A stretch of DNA of 64,000 bases from Octopus vulgaris (Eukaryota): contig OX597839.1 in the NCBI GenBank assembly GCA_951406725.2, positions 36,642,001 to 36,706,000 on the forward strand. Direction: 5' to 3'. Shown here in pieces: positions 1-14,200 of this stretch. Under the pieces are notes generated by a model that made no database searches, was not told where the DNA came from, and saw only the letters and a program-made list of their open reading frames with translations. Position 1 is the stretch's first letter, and each line of letters opens with the position of its first letter. Made by a program: the position numbers and the translations under genes.

Positions 1-319
1 GTCATTATTAATTTGGTCTTGGGACAAAGTTAACATGAAACTTTGATGGAAAGTTTTTAGATCACTTTAACTCTTTTGTTACCATATTTCTGTTGAAAAA
101 CACAACCTTTGTTACAATTACTTTTGAAAATGATGAGGAATTTAGTGAAGTAACTGTCATTTTTAATTTGGTGTTTGAAACATAAACTAACATGAAATTT
201 TGATGGAAGCTTTTAATTTTGTTCACTTTAGGACATAAAATTCATATCAGAGAACCATCAGTGCTGTGAGGTAATTTTGTTTTACCAAAAGAGTTAATTC
301 TAAATCACACTTCTGTTTC

Positions 320-1400
320 TTTGATAAGAGGCTTTCTTCTGTTCTCTGTGATGATTCCAGTGTTATTACACAGTGAAAAAGATCTTCAAACTCTTGTGGA
401 TGAAGTTTCATTGGCCTTTAGCATGTTACAAATCACAATAAATGTTAACAAAACCGTTCTTTATCAGCTCTGCTCTGAGAAGCTTTGTGTGGATCCAAAA
501 ATAACAGTTATAGTGTGAAAGGTTAAAATGGATATTCCTTTATATGTTGAATGGGGGATGTGAATTTTGCTGATAAAATTAGAAATAAAGTTTTAAAAAA
601 TCAATGTAACTTTTGGAAAATTACAATCCTTATTATTGTTTCAATATAAAAAAACCCCAAAAAACAAAAATGTAATATATGTTGGCTTTCTGTTGGTGAT
701 CTGAAGAGACGTGTTTCTGAATTGTTTTCAGTTGTCAGTTGTCTTTATCCTGCATTGCATTTAATTGAGAAGAGACACTGAAGCAATATAGCTGTGGTAA
801 ATGTTGCAAATGATGAACTGGGTTAAAATGAATTCTTTATAAACTGGAGTTCAAATACAAAAACTGTCTCAACATACGACAGTAAAATATGTATTTTTGT
901 AACATGCATTTTGTCTTTTGTTGTATGGCTGTGAAATATGGACATTAGATTGAAAACATGTTGAACAGTTGGAGTGATTTCGGCAAAGGTGTGTTTGTCA
1001 AATTTTTGCATACATCTTAGATGAGGTGAGTGATGTTGATGTCTTGGCAAAAGCATATGGTATAAGCATAGAAGTTCTCTTGTGACATAACAGAATGGGA
1101 TGGACATGCCGCAGAGTTTGGATGGAAGATGGAAGGATTCCAAAGCATTTCTTTGTGGAGAACTATGTTCTAGATAAAAAGACTGTTTTATAAACTGAAG
1201 TTAAAATACAAACACTGCCTTGAATCTTATTTACAAAAATGCAATATTCATATGGGAAGTTGGAAAAGTATTGCAATTGAGAGGGCATCACGGAGAAAAA
1301 AAAATATTGAATGTATTCATGTATTTTGAAGAGAATTGCATCCAACACACAAATTTTAAATGAGATGTACAGGAAAAAACTATTTCACATGTTCAACTTC
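320..1400 (+). mobile_element. Degenerate RTE-type LINE reverse-transcriptase remnant
   Basis: LLHSEKDLQTLVD...INVNKTVLYQ, and near 1100-1165 a frameshifted W..(GH)..MEDGRIPK..GEL, resemble the C-terminal part of RTE/BovB RT. Boundaries approximate. Confidence 0.65.
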
Positions 1401-1965
1401 TAACCAAGTTTGTCTCTCAAAGACTGGTCCTTTTAGACTCTCAAAGATACGTGAACCAAAAGAAGCTAATGATGGTTTCAAATTTTGATAGGAAGCCAAA
1501 AATTTTAGGGAAGAGGGCAACTCAATAATACTGATCCCACAGCTCAACTAGTACTTCGTTTTATCAACCCCAAAAGGATAAAAAGCAAAGGTGATCTTGG
1601 TGGGATTTGAACCCAGGATATAAAGAGCCACGAGAAATACTATTAAGCATTGTGTCTGTCATGCTAATAATTCTGCCAGCTCACTGCCTTAAAACAAACT
1701 GATAATAAATCATAACCACATGAGAGTTTATTTGTGGTGGTCATGTTCTAAAATAGTGGTTTGAGGAGATGTGTATCTGTACACAAGACCAATTGCTATG
1801 ATTCTGCATTGCATTTAACTGAGAAGAGACATTTATGTAAGAGTTGTATTAAAAACTGCAAGTAAGCAACGGGGCCAAAAAGTCATATTCACTTTGTGGT
1901 CCTTTAACAAGGGGTGGTCATTATCATTATTGAACTAACTTTCATTGTGTGTGTACATGTGTCTA

Positions 1966-2370
1966 TACTCTTTACTCTTTTACTTGTTCCAGTCATTTGA
2001 CTGTGGCCATGCTGGAGCACCACCTTTTTTTAGTCGAGCAAGTCGACCCCAGGATTTACTCTCTGTAAGCCTAGTACTTATTCTATCGGTCTCTTTTGCC
2101 GAACCGCTAAGTTACGGAGACATAAACACACCAGCATCGGTTGTCAAGCGATGTTGGGGGGACAAACACAGACAGACACACACACACATATATATACATA
2201 TATATACGACAGGCTTCTTTCAGTTTCCGTCTACCAAATCCACTCACAAGGCTTTGGTCGGCCCGAGGCTATAGTAGAAGACACTTGCCCAAGGTGCTAC
2301 GCAGTGGGACTGAACCCGGAACCATGTGGTTGGTAAACAAGCTACTTACCACACAGCCACTCCTACGCCT
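1966..2370 (-). mobile_element. tRNA-derived SINE, family A
   Basis: Reverse complement of the 49551 copy: A/B-box head, internal (TA/TG)n, (AAAAGAGT)n tail. Confidence 0.85.
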
Positions 2371-4320
2371 ATGTAAGTTTTTTTGTTTCTGACTATTTGA
2401 ATCCTTCCTAAAAGAAAGGAGTTGGTTTCTAACAAAGAAACAAAGCTCCATCACTGGAACTTAAATAACAACAATAAATGCTACAAGTTGAACTTTAGAA
2501 AAGTTTTGCATATTTTTACTGTTCCACTTAAATATTGTATTTGTAAACTGTGTGTTAGCTGGTGTCTTTCTTTGCCCGAAAATTCTAGCCTTTTCAAATT
2601 GTCATTTGAGTATTTACTAACATAACAAGTACACTAATAATTATTGGTATAAATATGAATTTATAATCAAGGAAGAGGAGTTGCAGGTTTTGAAGCAGTT
2701 GTTCATAAATGTTGTCCTTTTCACTGATTATGGAAAGGATGTTCACATTTGCAGGGCAGTGACCCGAATGACAATATCAAAGCCTGTTACATTTGCAGTT
2801 GGTAGAAGTTTGGTTGAACATTTTCTACCAGTATTCTTTAGATATATATACGTATGCATGTACATATGTGTGTGTATATATATATATATATATACTTTAT
2901 TTAAAGCAGCAGAAAATTCAACAAAATTCTGCTGCTTTAAATAAAGCATATTACTCTACCACTGGTATTTGAGTACTCTTTTTTCCACCTTGTTTCACAT
3001 TTATGTGTTTACTCCGGTATATATATATATATATATATATCTGGATATACATGTATGTATAAAGCATAGATAATTTTCTTCGTTAGCATGAAGATTCACA
3101 TGTGTATAATTACATTAATGATATTCTGTCTGGTAAATTCAAACCAGACCTTGATCTTGCTTCTCCCCCTCCTCCCCGCCCCCACACACTTGCACAGATG
3201 TATGTGTGTGTGTGTGTGTGTGTGTGCTTGTGTATAAAATCAATTATTATGGCTTGCAATATTGAAATACTATTGGTGGTGGTGGTGGTAGCAACAGCAG
3301 CGGTGATGGTGGTGGCAGTGGTGAAGTAACACATGAAGTTGTTGAAGGGATGAAAAGAAAGGAAATATTTTCCATTGAGGGATGCTTTCCTTTCATAAAT
3401 GAGGTGGGAGGGGAGTCTGGTACTTATTCTATTCGTCACTTTTACCAAATCACTAAGTTATGGAATGTAAACAAACCAACACTACTTGTCAAGGAGACAA
3501 ACACACACACATATGATGAGCTTACACACATACATATATATATGATGGGCTTCAACACAGTTTCCCTCCACCAAATTCACTCACGAGGCATTGGTCAACT
3601 AGGGACTATAGCAGAAGACACTTGTTCAAGATGCTGCACTGTGGGACTGAACCAGAAACCACATTGTTGCAAAACAAGCTTCATAACTACACAGTCATGC
3701 TCGTTTAGCATGCATACATACATACATATGAGCATACATACATACGAGCATGTGTTTGTGCCTAGTATTGCATAAAGGCGTTACCCTTGCCCTTCTCAGT
3801 TTTAGGGAGCTCTTTAGTCTTGCAAGTTACAAAGTGATCTTGCTTCTGCTGGTGCCATGACAACAGCACCCAGTACACCCTGGTGTCAGCCACAGAAAGC
3901 ATGCTCAAAGTGACACATTGGTTACTCTCAAAACATCCAGCCAATATCAGAATGGAAAGCAAACATAAAGCTGTAATGATTATATATGTGTGTGTGTATG
4001 CATGTATAAATATATGTATATGTGTGTGTATATATATACAATGGCCTCGAACTCACAAGAGTAAACAAGAGAGACAGAGAAAGGCAGAAACAAGGAAAAT
4101 GCCCTTGTATTTGAACACTATACCAATATTCTTTTAAAAAAAACTTTTCTTTTAATTTTCCTAAATTTAATTATTTAATTGTTACAGTTGAAAAGGTCTC
4201 AAATGACTGAAACCGGTCCTGAAATGTTCTTTATAAAATCATTTTAGCATTTTCTATCCTGACTTGTTTTTTTATATATATCAACTCGTGTGTTCCTTTT
4301 CATCCTTTCATCCTACATGT

Positions 4321-4376
<56 letters not shown>

Positions 4377-5040
4377 TTCCAAATTTGTTTATAATTTGTT
4401 TAAAATTAAAAATGGTATACTATTACCTATGTAGCTTTTAGATTATCCAAAATACTGTCGTGCATAATCAATTCATATACATACATAATCATGTATTTGT
4501 GTGTATATCAATCAATCTATCTGTCTATCAATATATCTATCTATCCACACACACCCATTTTATTTTTACACAAAAGATTGATAATCACTTTGAAGTTTCA
4601 GTTATGTGGCCTTTATCAAATTGTCTGATGGAGGCTACATAGCCAAAATTTCAAAGTAATTATCAGTGTCATCCTCGTCAAATGATTCATTTTGTCTCAA
4701 GGTCAGGCTGATCACTAATCATAGACAGTAATCTAAGATGGTGTCAACACATCATCATTTCATTGGCTAATACAGGTCACATGATTCACACATACAAGTG
4801 TTATGTTATTTATGAGGTCTGTGTTAACAACTGACAGAATATTTGGGAAATTTGAGGTAACCACAGGAGGCATCAGGTCAATATATATATAGGTGTGCAC
4901 ATGTGTGTATGTGTGTGTATATGTATATAAATGGACACACACGCAAACCCCAGAGTTGGGTCTACAGCTTAAGTCGAATTCAGTACTTGCATATCTACAA
5001 TATCCTACTAATGCTTGATATCTTCAGTTTTGTTTAATTC

Positions 5041-5253
5041 ACTGGAGAATGAAATTTCACTCTGGTTCAGAAGTGATTGTTGCTACAGAGCCCTGGTTGA
5101 AGGCCCGACCTTCTGAGTTCTTCTTTCAGGGTTTAGAAAAAACTGAAGGACTGCTGCAATAAGTGTGAGGGGAATATGTTGAATACAATCATAATTAACT
5201 GATCCTCCTGTATTTTTCTTTTACCTAAAGCCATAAACTTTTGAGCACCCCTC

Positions 5254-5256
<3 letters not shown>
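5041..5256 (+). mobile_element. Mariner transposase 3' remnant with right TIR
   Basis: KFHSGSEVIVATEPWLKARPSEFFFQGLEK..KC..EYVE-like C-terminus; ends aaacttttgagcacccctc. Confidence 0.6.
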
Positions 5257-5284
<28 letters not shown>

Positions 5285-5836
5285 CTCTTTTACTTGTTTC
5301 AGTCAGTTGACTGTGGCCATGCTGTGCATTGCCTTGGGGCCCTTGAAGGTCTAGGGCAATGGTTTTCAAACTTAATACCTGGGCAAGATCCAAAACCTTG
5401 ATTTTCTTTTTTTTTTTTTTGGAGGGAGCCACCCCGGAAAAAGGAAAACAGAAGTCAAAGAAAAATTTATCGTAATTATAGAGCCCCTGACTCACCACCA
5501 CTTCCACTGCTACTACTGCACCACTACCACCATGTGTAAAGTTCCCCATCCTTTTGCCTATATAAGATTGTGTACAAGACTGAATTAACAACAAGGTATA
5601 ACAACCACCACCACCACCGCGACCACTTGAACTCCCTAAATCACAGCTCATACATCAGTGAGAGAGGGAGAAAGAGAGAGAAAAGGGGTAAGCTGTAGTT
5701 AGAAGTGGAACCGTGACTGTGTTTCCTTTGAAGGGGTCTGAGAAGATGAGCTGCAAGTTGCATTTATCAGTGTTAACTGCTTGTATGGTGAATATAGAAG
5801 TCACTCTGATGGTGCTAATGAATGAAACGGGTTTTT

Positions 5837-5936
5837 TTACCAAACTTGGCATTTGTGCTCTGGGTTCATGTTACTGCCCAAGGGACAGTTATATACTTTG
5901 GAAAATTCCACAGAGTTTGATAATGGCCCCTTAACT
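5837..5936 (-). CDS. Neprilysin-like terminal coding exon 21 (100 nt incl. stop)
   Basis: [36 protein letters not shown]; ttccag acceptor. Confidence 0.97.
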
Positions 5937-6015
5937 CTGGAACAAGAAAAAAGAACGGGATTAGTAAAAGTTAATGATAGAATATCAAATTTGAAAAAAT
6001 ACCAAATACATAAAT

Positions 6016-6046
<31 letters not shown>

Positions 6047-6115
6047 CATATATATATATACATACATACACACACATATATATACACACACACACACATA
6101 TATATACACACACAC

Positions 6116-6168
<53 letters not shown>

Positions 6169-8198
6169 CACACACACACACACACACTGTATTTATTCAT
6201 GTATGTGTTGCACTAAATTATACTTGGTTTTGACTGACCAAAACTAGGATTTGATTTACACATGGGATAAAAGACACAAAGCTAAAACCATGGAGAGGAA
6301 AAATTTTGTGCCAGGATTTAACAGTAAATTAGAGGGTGTGACTTTCACACAAATGTTCTTTTCACTTCCTTATTTCTTTTTTAGGATAAGAAATAAATAG
6401 AACATTCCATTCATGCTCAGCAATTGTGTATCTACTTTTTTCCCATCCATGTAAATGTGTGTGTGTGTCTGTGTATAGTTATCGTTTAATAAATACAGAA
6501 GTAATGGGTGAGCTACTTCAACTTTTCATACTTGAAAAGAACAATATTCATCTGTAGTTTTATAAAGTGTACCATGTACAATCCAGTAATCACTCAGGCT
6601 TATATAACATGACTGCTCAGTGAGAATATGCAGGAAAAGTGTGAAAAAATGGGGGAAAACTAAAATACAAAAACGCTCTTAGGAAAAGTTAAATCCCTTT
6701 GATCAAAGCCTGGGATTTGTCTAAAAAAAAAAGAAAAAAGCAAAGACCTAAAGACTTATAAAGAAATAATACTGTTTATGCTGATGTAGAGATGAGTGAT
6801 GTAATATGTTTTATCTTTGAAAATAAATGTCATTAATGAGTGTGTAATTTTTTAGTGTATAGGCGTAGCATTATGAAAATGTCAAAACTCATGGCTAGCA
6901 GGGTTATTTAAATAAGAGAAAGGTTTGTCTAACATGGTGAGGTGTCCTCCAACTTGACAACAGAAATTTGTCAAGATACATACACCTGGTAAATATCTCT
7001 GACCTCTACTGTTCTTTGAGTATGTGTGCTCTTTCAGTCACAGGATCTACATTTTTTTGGTTCAGTGATGTATGGCTTTGATCTTTCCAAAATATTCCAC
7101 CTAATGTTTTGCAGTATACTGCTGTCTTGGACTTTCCGGATATTGCTTGAAAGCTTTGAACTATTCTTTTTGTCTGTGTGCCTGAAAGAGGACTGAAGGA
7201 TGGAGTAACTCTTTTACAAGCCACCTTCTTTCAGGTTCTTTATTTGGCAGACTGAAAGTAACCCCAGCTTCTTAGACAACTGAGGTAACAATGAATACTT
7301 GGTTTAGTGAGCATGTATCTGGATTCCTGAATTTACTGTGTAGAGTCAGTTTCTGGTTAGTGGAACTTAATGTTTGTGTATGCATGTACATACACACGCA
7401 CACAAACACACACACACATATATATATATATACATATAAAGTTAATCCAAACAAGAAAGCACAAAAAAACACAACAACACGAGGACGTGGAACAAATATA
7501 GCATTATTGGATGCTCAGGAAAGAAGGAAGGTTTAACGTTTCAAGCGGAGCTCTTTGTCGGAAACATAGGAGAAGGAAAGATCCAGAGAAGGGAAGACAG
7601 AGGAAAAAAAATCGCCAACGGTACACACGCAGTCACATTTATATACATATATACGACTGGCTTCTTTCAGTTTCTGTCTGAACCCGGAACCATGTGGTTG
7701 GCTCATAAGGGCCAGTTTTCCCGGTTTCCTTGGCGTATAGGTTCCCCACCTGGATGGGATGTGCTGCAAGATGCAGGAGGAAAGAGTGAGTGAAAGTCGT
7801 GGTGAAAGAGTCAGCAGAAGAGTTCACCATTACCTTCTGCCAGAGCTGCATGGAGCTTAGGTGTTTCACTCATAAACACACACATTGCCCAGTCTGAGAT
7901 TCGAACCTGCGATCCCTCAACCCAAGTCCGCTGCTCTAACCACTAGGCCATATGCCTCCACATCTATCAGTAGATATACTCTTTACTCTTTCACTTGTTT
8001 CAGTCATTTGACTGCGGCCATGCTGGAGCACCGCCTTTCGTCGAGCAAATCAACCCCGGGACTTATTCTTTGTAAGCCCAGTACTTATTCTATCAGTCTC
8101 TTTTGCCGAACCGCTAAGTGACGGGGATGTAAACACACCAGCATCGGTTTTCAAGCAATGCTAGGGAGACAAACACAGACACACAAACACATACACGC

Positions 8199-8238
<40 letters not shown>

Positions 8239-11200
8239 GTATATACGACAGGCTTCTTTCAGTTTCCGTCTACCAAATCCACTCACAAGGCATTGGTTGG
8301 CCCGGGGCTATAGCAGAAGACACTTGCCCAAGATGCCACGCAGTGGGACTGAACCCAGAACCATGTGGTTGGTTAGCAAGCTACTTACCACAAAAAAAAT
8401 GTAACTACAGACAGACAGTAATGTACCTTATTGGTCCCGGACTGTGTACTTCGGTCCGAATCTGGTTTAGGGCTTCTTCATCTCTCATTTTTCCACACCA
8501 AATCTTTGAATAAGAAACACATTCAAGGTTTGTTAAATCAAAAACCAATACAATTTAATGCCAAAAATCTTAGACTCACAAAATCCTTCCCACATCTCTG
8601 TCTCTCAAGAACAATAACAACAATAATCCTTTCTATTATAGGTACAAGGCCTGAAATTTGGTGGGGGAGGGGTAAGTTAATTACATTGACCCCAATGCTC
8701 AACTGGTACTTATTTTATTGACCCCAAGGTGGTGAGCTGGCAGAAACATTAGCATGTCGGGCGAAATGCTTAGCGGTATTTTGTCTGCCGTTACGTTCTG
8801 AGTTCAAATTCCGCCGAGGTCGACTTTACCTTTCATCCTTTCGGGGTCGATAAATTAAGTACCAGTTACGCACTGGGGTTGATGTAATCAACTTAATACC
8901 TATGTCTGTCCTTGTTTGTCCCCTCTATGTTTAGCCCCTTGTGGGTAATAAAGAAATAGGTACTTATTTTATTGACCCCAGAAGGATGAAAAGCAAAGTC
9001 GACCTCAGCAGAATTTGAACTCAGAGCGTAAAGATGGACAAAATGTCACTAAGCTTTACACCCCACATACTAACAATTCTGCTAGCTTGCTGCCTTAATA
9101 ATAATAATAATGATAATAATAATAATAATAATCTTCATCCTTTCTATTATAGGCACAAGGCCTGAAATTTTGAGGAGGGGGCTAGACATGAATCCCCAGG
9201 GTTCAACTGGTGCTTGTTTTATCGAATCTGAAAGGATGAAAGGTAAAGCCAACATCAGTTGAATTTGAATTCAGTGTAAAGAGCCAGAAAAAATGTTAGC
9301 ATTTTATCTGACATGTGAGTGATTCCGCCAGTTTTTGACCCCACCATGGCTGTGTAGTTAAGAATGTTGTTTTTTTTACCCTGTAGTTTTGGGTCAAGTT
9401 CCAGTGCCTTACACATTGAGCAAGTGTGTTTTACTATAGCCCTGAGCCAACCAAAGCCCTGTGAACATATTTGGTATCCTCTGTGTGAAAAGTCTGGCTG
9501 CATACACGTTAGGATATGTCAGGTGCATACAATTGACAATACAGTTAATTAAGATTTATTCAGTGAGTTCTATTCAATCCATTAGATGAAGGCATTTTCA
9601 AAATTTTGGCCGATAAAGTTGAACTGAAGAACCCTACAACGAGGCATGAATTGCACGAAACCGTCTTGCAGCCTTGGGAAGAGCTATCTGAGCGGAAAAT
9701 TCGTGGATGTATTCAACATCAAACTCGTGTTCGGCGTCAAATAGTTGACTGTCGTGGTGGTAATAGATTCGTGTAATAAATTTTGTGTGTATTTTTGTTT
9801 CATAATATATATTTTTTTCGGATGCAGCCAGACTTTTCACACAGAAGGTAGATGGAAACTGAAAGCAGATTGTCATATGTGTGTGTTTGTACGCGTTTGT
9901 GTGTATTCTTGTCTTGACATCATGTGATGGATGTAAACGAGCCTCACCATCATGCAAGAAATGTTGTTTTTTTAGTCTTCCTTGGAAAACATATTTACAT
10001 AGTGGAGAATATTACCTTGCTTGGAAACAGATGAGGGTTGGCCACAGGAAGGGTATCCAGCCATAGTAAAACTGCCTCAACGAATTCCATCTGATCCATG
10101 CAAGCATGGAAAAGTGGATGTTAAACTAATGGTGAAGATGTAAGTTAAGCACACACACACACACACACATACATAAACATTGGGCTTCCATACAGTTTCT
10201 TATTTCTTTATTGCCCACAAGGGACTAAACATAGAGGGGACAAACAAGGACAGACAAAGGGATTAAGTCGATTACATCGACCCCAGTGTGTAACTGGTAC
10301 TTAATTTATCGACCCGAAAGGATGAAAGGCAAAGTCGACCTTGGCGGAATTTGAACTCAGAACATAACGACAGACGCAATATCGCTAAGCATTTCGCCCG
10401 GTGTGCTAACGTTTCTGCCAGCTCGCCACCTTCCATACAGTTTCTGTTTACCAAATCTACTCGCAAGGCTTTGGTTAGCCCAGAGCTACAGAAGAGGACA
10501 CTTGCCCAAGGTGCTGTGCAGTAGGACTGAACTTGGGACCGCATGGCTGGGAAGCAAACTTCTCAACAACACAACCACCCTGAACCTGTTTTAAATAAAA
10601 CAAAGCAATAAAATGTTTCTAATGTATCAACCATAAAGAACAAAGAAAAGAAAAAAAAAAGACAATTTTTCTTACCCGTGCATAGTTAACAAAGAACAGT
10701 TGTTCATGAGTAAGGTTGAGCCCTGGTAATGGTGGTTCAGCCCCATGATCGGCGACCCACTGTTGATAGGCCTGGGTGGGATAAAAACAGAAGACTAGAG
10801 AACAGAAATAGATATCCACAGTTGATAGACCATAGATTGGTTGTTCTCAACAATTTTTTTAACCTCTGGGGCCCTTTGATTCTTATTTTACTCAGATGGG
10901 TCCCTATAAGCAATCAATGCTTTAAAAATTCGGTTATATTTTTATAATTAAATATTATAAAGGAATTGTATAAAAAAATTGTAAAAGTATTTGTAAAAGT
11001 ATAACAAATTTTTAGCAACAAAATCTTATGTGAACCCCTAAGGGTTTTATGGATCTTAGTTGAGAACCACTGCCATAGATAGACAAGTCTGCAAACCACA
11101 CCCCTACTGTTCATAGATCACTGGTAGAGATAGACCAACCTATTAAACTGCTCTGCTACTTATATCATAGTACAGAAAGACCAGATGGTTAGACCATTCT

Positions 11201-14200
11201 ACTAATCCCATTGTTGGCATAGATGGACCAAATGGTTAGAGAATGCCATTCATAGTGAAACAGTAAATTTTTTTAAACAAAATTCTGGGAGCGGACATGA
11301 AATGTAGCTTTGCTGTGTGAATTTGATAATAATATTAATAATAGTTTCAAATTTTGGCACAAGGCCAGCAAGTTCAGGGATGGGGTAAGTCAATTACATT
11401 GGCCCCCAGTGCTCAAATGGTACTTATTTTATTGACCCCAAAAGATTGAAAGGAAAAGTCAACTCTGGTGGAATTTGATCTCAGAACATAAAGACAGACA
11501 AAATACCAAAAAGCATTTTGCCCTCCGTGCTAATGATTCTGTCTCAGCTCACTGCCTTGCTGCAAGGTTTTAGATTTTGTCACAAGGCCAGCAATTTCGT
11601 GGGAGTCGGGTAAATTGATTACATTGACCCCCAATGCTCAACTGGTTCTTGTGTTACTGATCCTGAAAGGATGAAAGGCAAAGTTGACCTCAGCAGAGTT
11701 TGAACTCGGAACACAAAGATTGACAAAATGCTGCTCAGCCTTTTGCCCAGCATGCTAATGCCACTTCCTCTTCATCATCTTAATAACGATAATTTCCTAC
11801 CTGGTAAGCTTGTTTCAAACCTCCATTGTCGGCAATGTTTTCTCCAAGTGTGTTTATACCTCTTATCTGAAATATAGAGTACATTACGGGGATGAAGATA
11901 ACAAAAATGATGAAGCTGATGATGATGATGATGACGGTGGTGAGGAGGAGGATGTTTGTAATAATGGTAGTGTTGATGATGATGGGGATGTTGATGATGG
12001 CAACAATGATAATACCACTACCACTATCAAAACTTCCAGATGAAGATAATGGACTCAAACTATGCATAAACAGAAGGCTATCATCATCATTGTTCGACCG
12101 TGGTCGAGACAATGGAATTTACTATGTTACGCCAGACTTCATGGTCCATCATAGCATTACGGAGGTCCTGTTGCTGGATGCCTGTATCCCTGGAGATTAC
12201 ATCAGGGTAGGAGAGTGTGCGCCCTCTGGTATTGCGAGTAGATGGCTTCCAGAGGAGAAGAGTAGAAATTACTTCTTTTTCAGCTCTACAACAATGTCCA
12301 GCAAACTGGACTCTCCTACCTTTCACAGAAGGCTAACATCTCTATTAAAGTAGGAAAAAAAAAAACCTCATTAAATTAAATTAACAATTTTGTTAAACTT
12401 ACCTTTAACTAATCAAGAGATTGTTAAACTCACCTTTAAACCAGCTTGCTTCAAGACAAAACTGGAATATTGGTCTATCATACACTGTGCCTTCTTATTA
12501 AAAGCTTCTATAGTCTCATTCTTCCACCATTGTTTCAAATTACCAGTTTTATCAAACTTTCTACCTGTAATAATCAAAGATATGTGTCTGCAGGTGTGTT
12601 TTGTATTTTTGTCTTTGAAGGTGAACCACTTATTTAATGAAGTCTTTATACATCTTAAAACAAAATATTACACCATATTTTCAATATAATTTTTTTTACC
12701 ATATTTTTGTGAAATATATAATATTTGTTTCAATTAATTTTGAAAATAATGAAAAACTTAGTAAAATATTACGGAGATGTACTTGCATAGCAAGTGATCT
12801 AATCTGAGATCCTGTGCTGGAATGAAAGCAATTGCAGTATGGAAGGTGTTTATAAGCCATTAAAGAAACACACAAAAACCGTCTGGCCGTGGGGAAATAC
12901 TGTGTTACTTGGGAAATATGTGAGGGTTGGTTACAGGTAGGGCATCCAGCCATAGAAAATTTGATTCAACAAATTCCATCCGACCCATCAAAGCATGAAA
13001 TAGTAGACGATAAGATGATGATGATGATGATAAAACATCTCAGAGCAGCAGGTGTTTACATGTACAGCTTCTATTGTTTAGTTTGGTATTATAGGGTTGG
13101 CTACAGGTAGGGCATCCAGCCATAGAAAATTTGATTCAACAAATTCCATCTGACCCATGCAAGCATGAAAAAGTAGATGTTAAGATGATGATGATGATAA
13201 AACATCTCAGAGCAGCAGGTGTTTACATGTACAGCTTCTATTGTTTAGTTTGGTATTATACAATTTGTTACTTTGATGTAATATTGTAGTCAATGGTTGA
13301 ACTGGTTTGTTGCCAGTCTGTAGGTAATTTACCTTCAAAACACCCACATTTACTAATCAACAATTTTAAAATTATTTACTCCGCAAGTTTTCACTTGAGA
13401 AATTCTTCTGCTGTCTTCATAAAACATTCTGTTTGTGTAAACTCATTTGTTCCTTATTAAATGTGATTTACACACTCCTGTAGGTTCTACTGAACTTTAC
13501 AATGTTACATTTGGTCTGACAGCTTGCTGGCATCAACATCTCCATTCCCTGTCTTTCCCTATCTGTCTTCTTCACCTCTCAGCACTCTAGCTGGATGCTG
13601 TATCTGTTCCAAAGTTCTCTCTCCCAGAATGCTATACAATTTCTCTTACTCTACCCTTCCACATGAGAACTTTCTAGTTCAGCCCACAGACTTTTCAACA
13701 TGTTTATATTTTCAACACACGTATTCACACATACACACACCTCTGTAAACATACTCTCTTACACATGTACATATACACATATGTAAATGCTGAGTTGTTT
13801 GTTTATAATTTGGAAATATTTTTCCCATCTCAGACACTTTTCGCATTCTTCCAGTCTTTCTCAGTTTATATTCCCCATTTATTAGTCTGTGTTCAGGAGT
13901 CAAAAGTTCACCACAACACTATTTTTGGTTCTTACGCATAAAATTCTCTAACTCTCATCTCTAAGATTTCTTGTTCACAACTGTAGTGAATGTGTGGGTA
14001 GAAGCAGTGACTTGTTATCAACCAAGAAAATATCTCATCAAAATACATCTGATCAAATCAACAATTGATAAATTGTAACAAATATTCGGAATATGGAAAA
14101 AGGTTTTATTATTGTCACATCTATCAGTCTGTCTGTCTGTCCGTCCATCCCTCCATCGTTCAATGTGGAACTTGCAGTAAATAAAGCTGTAAATAATAAC

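Noticed and set aside
4559-4564. AATAAA poly(A) signal on the minus strand
   Set aside because: Common hexamer in AT-rich DNA, 1.3 kb from the stop; no independent support.
13261-14100. Possible CR1-type LINE remnant (-)
   Set aside because: Only vague RT-like traces; cannot support it without a profile search.
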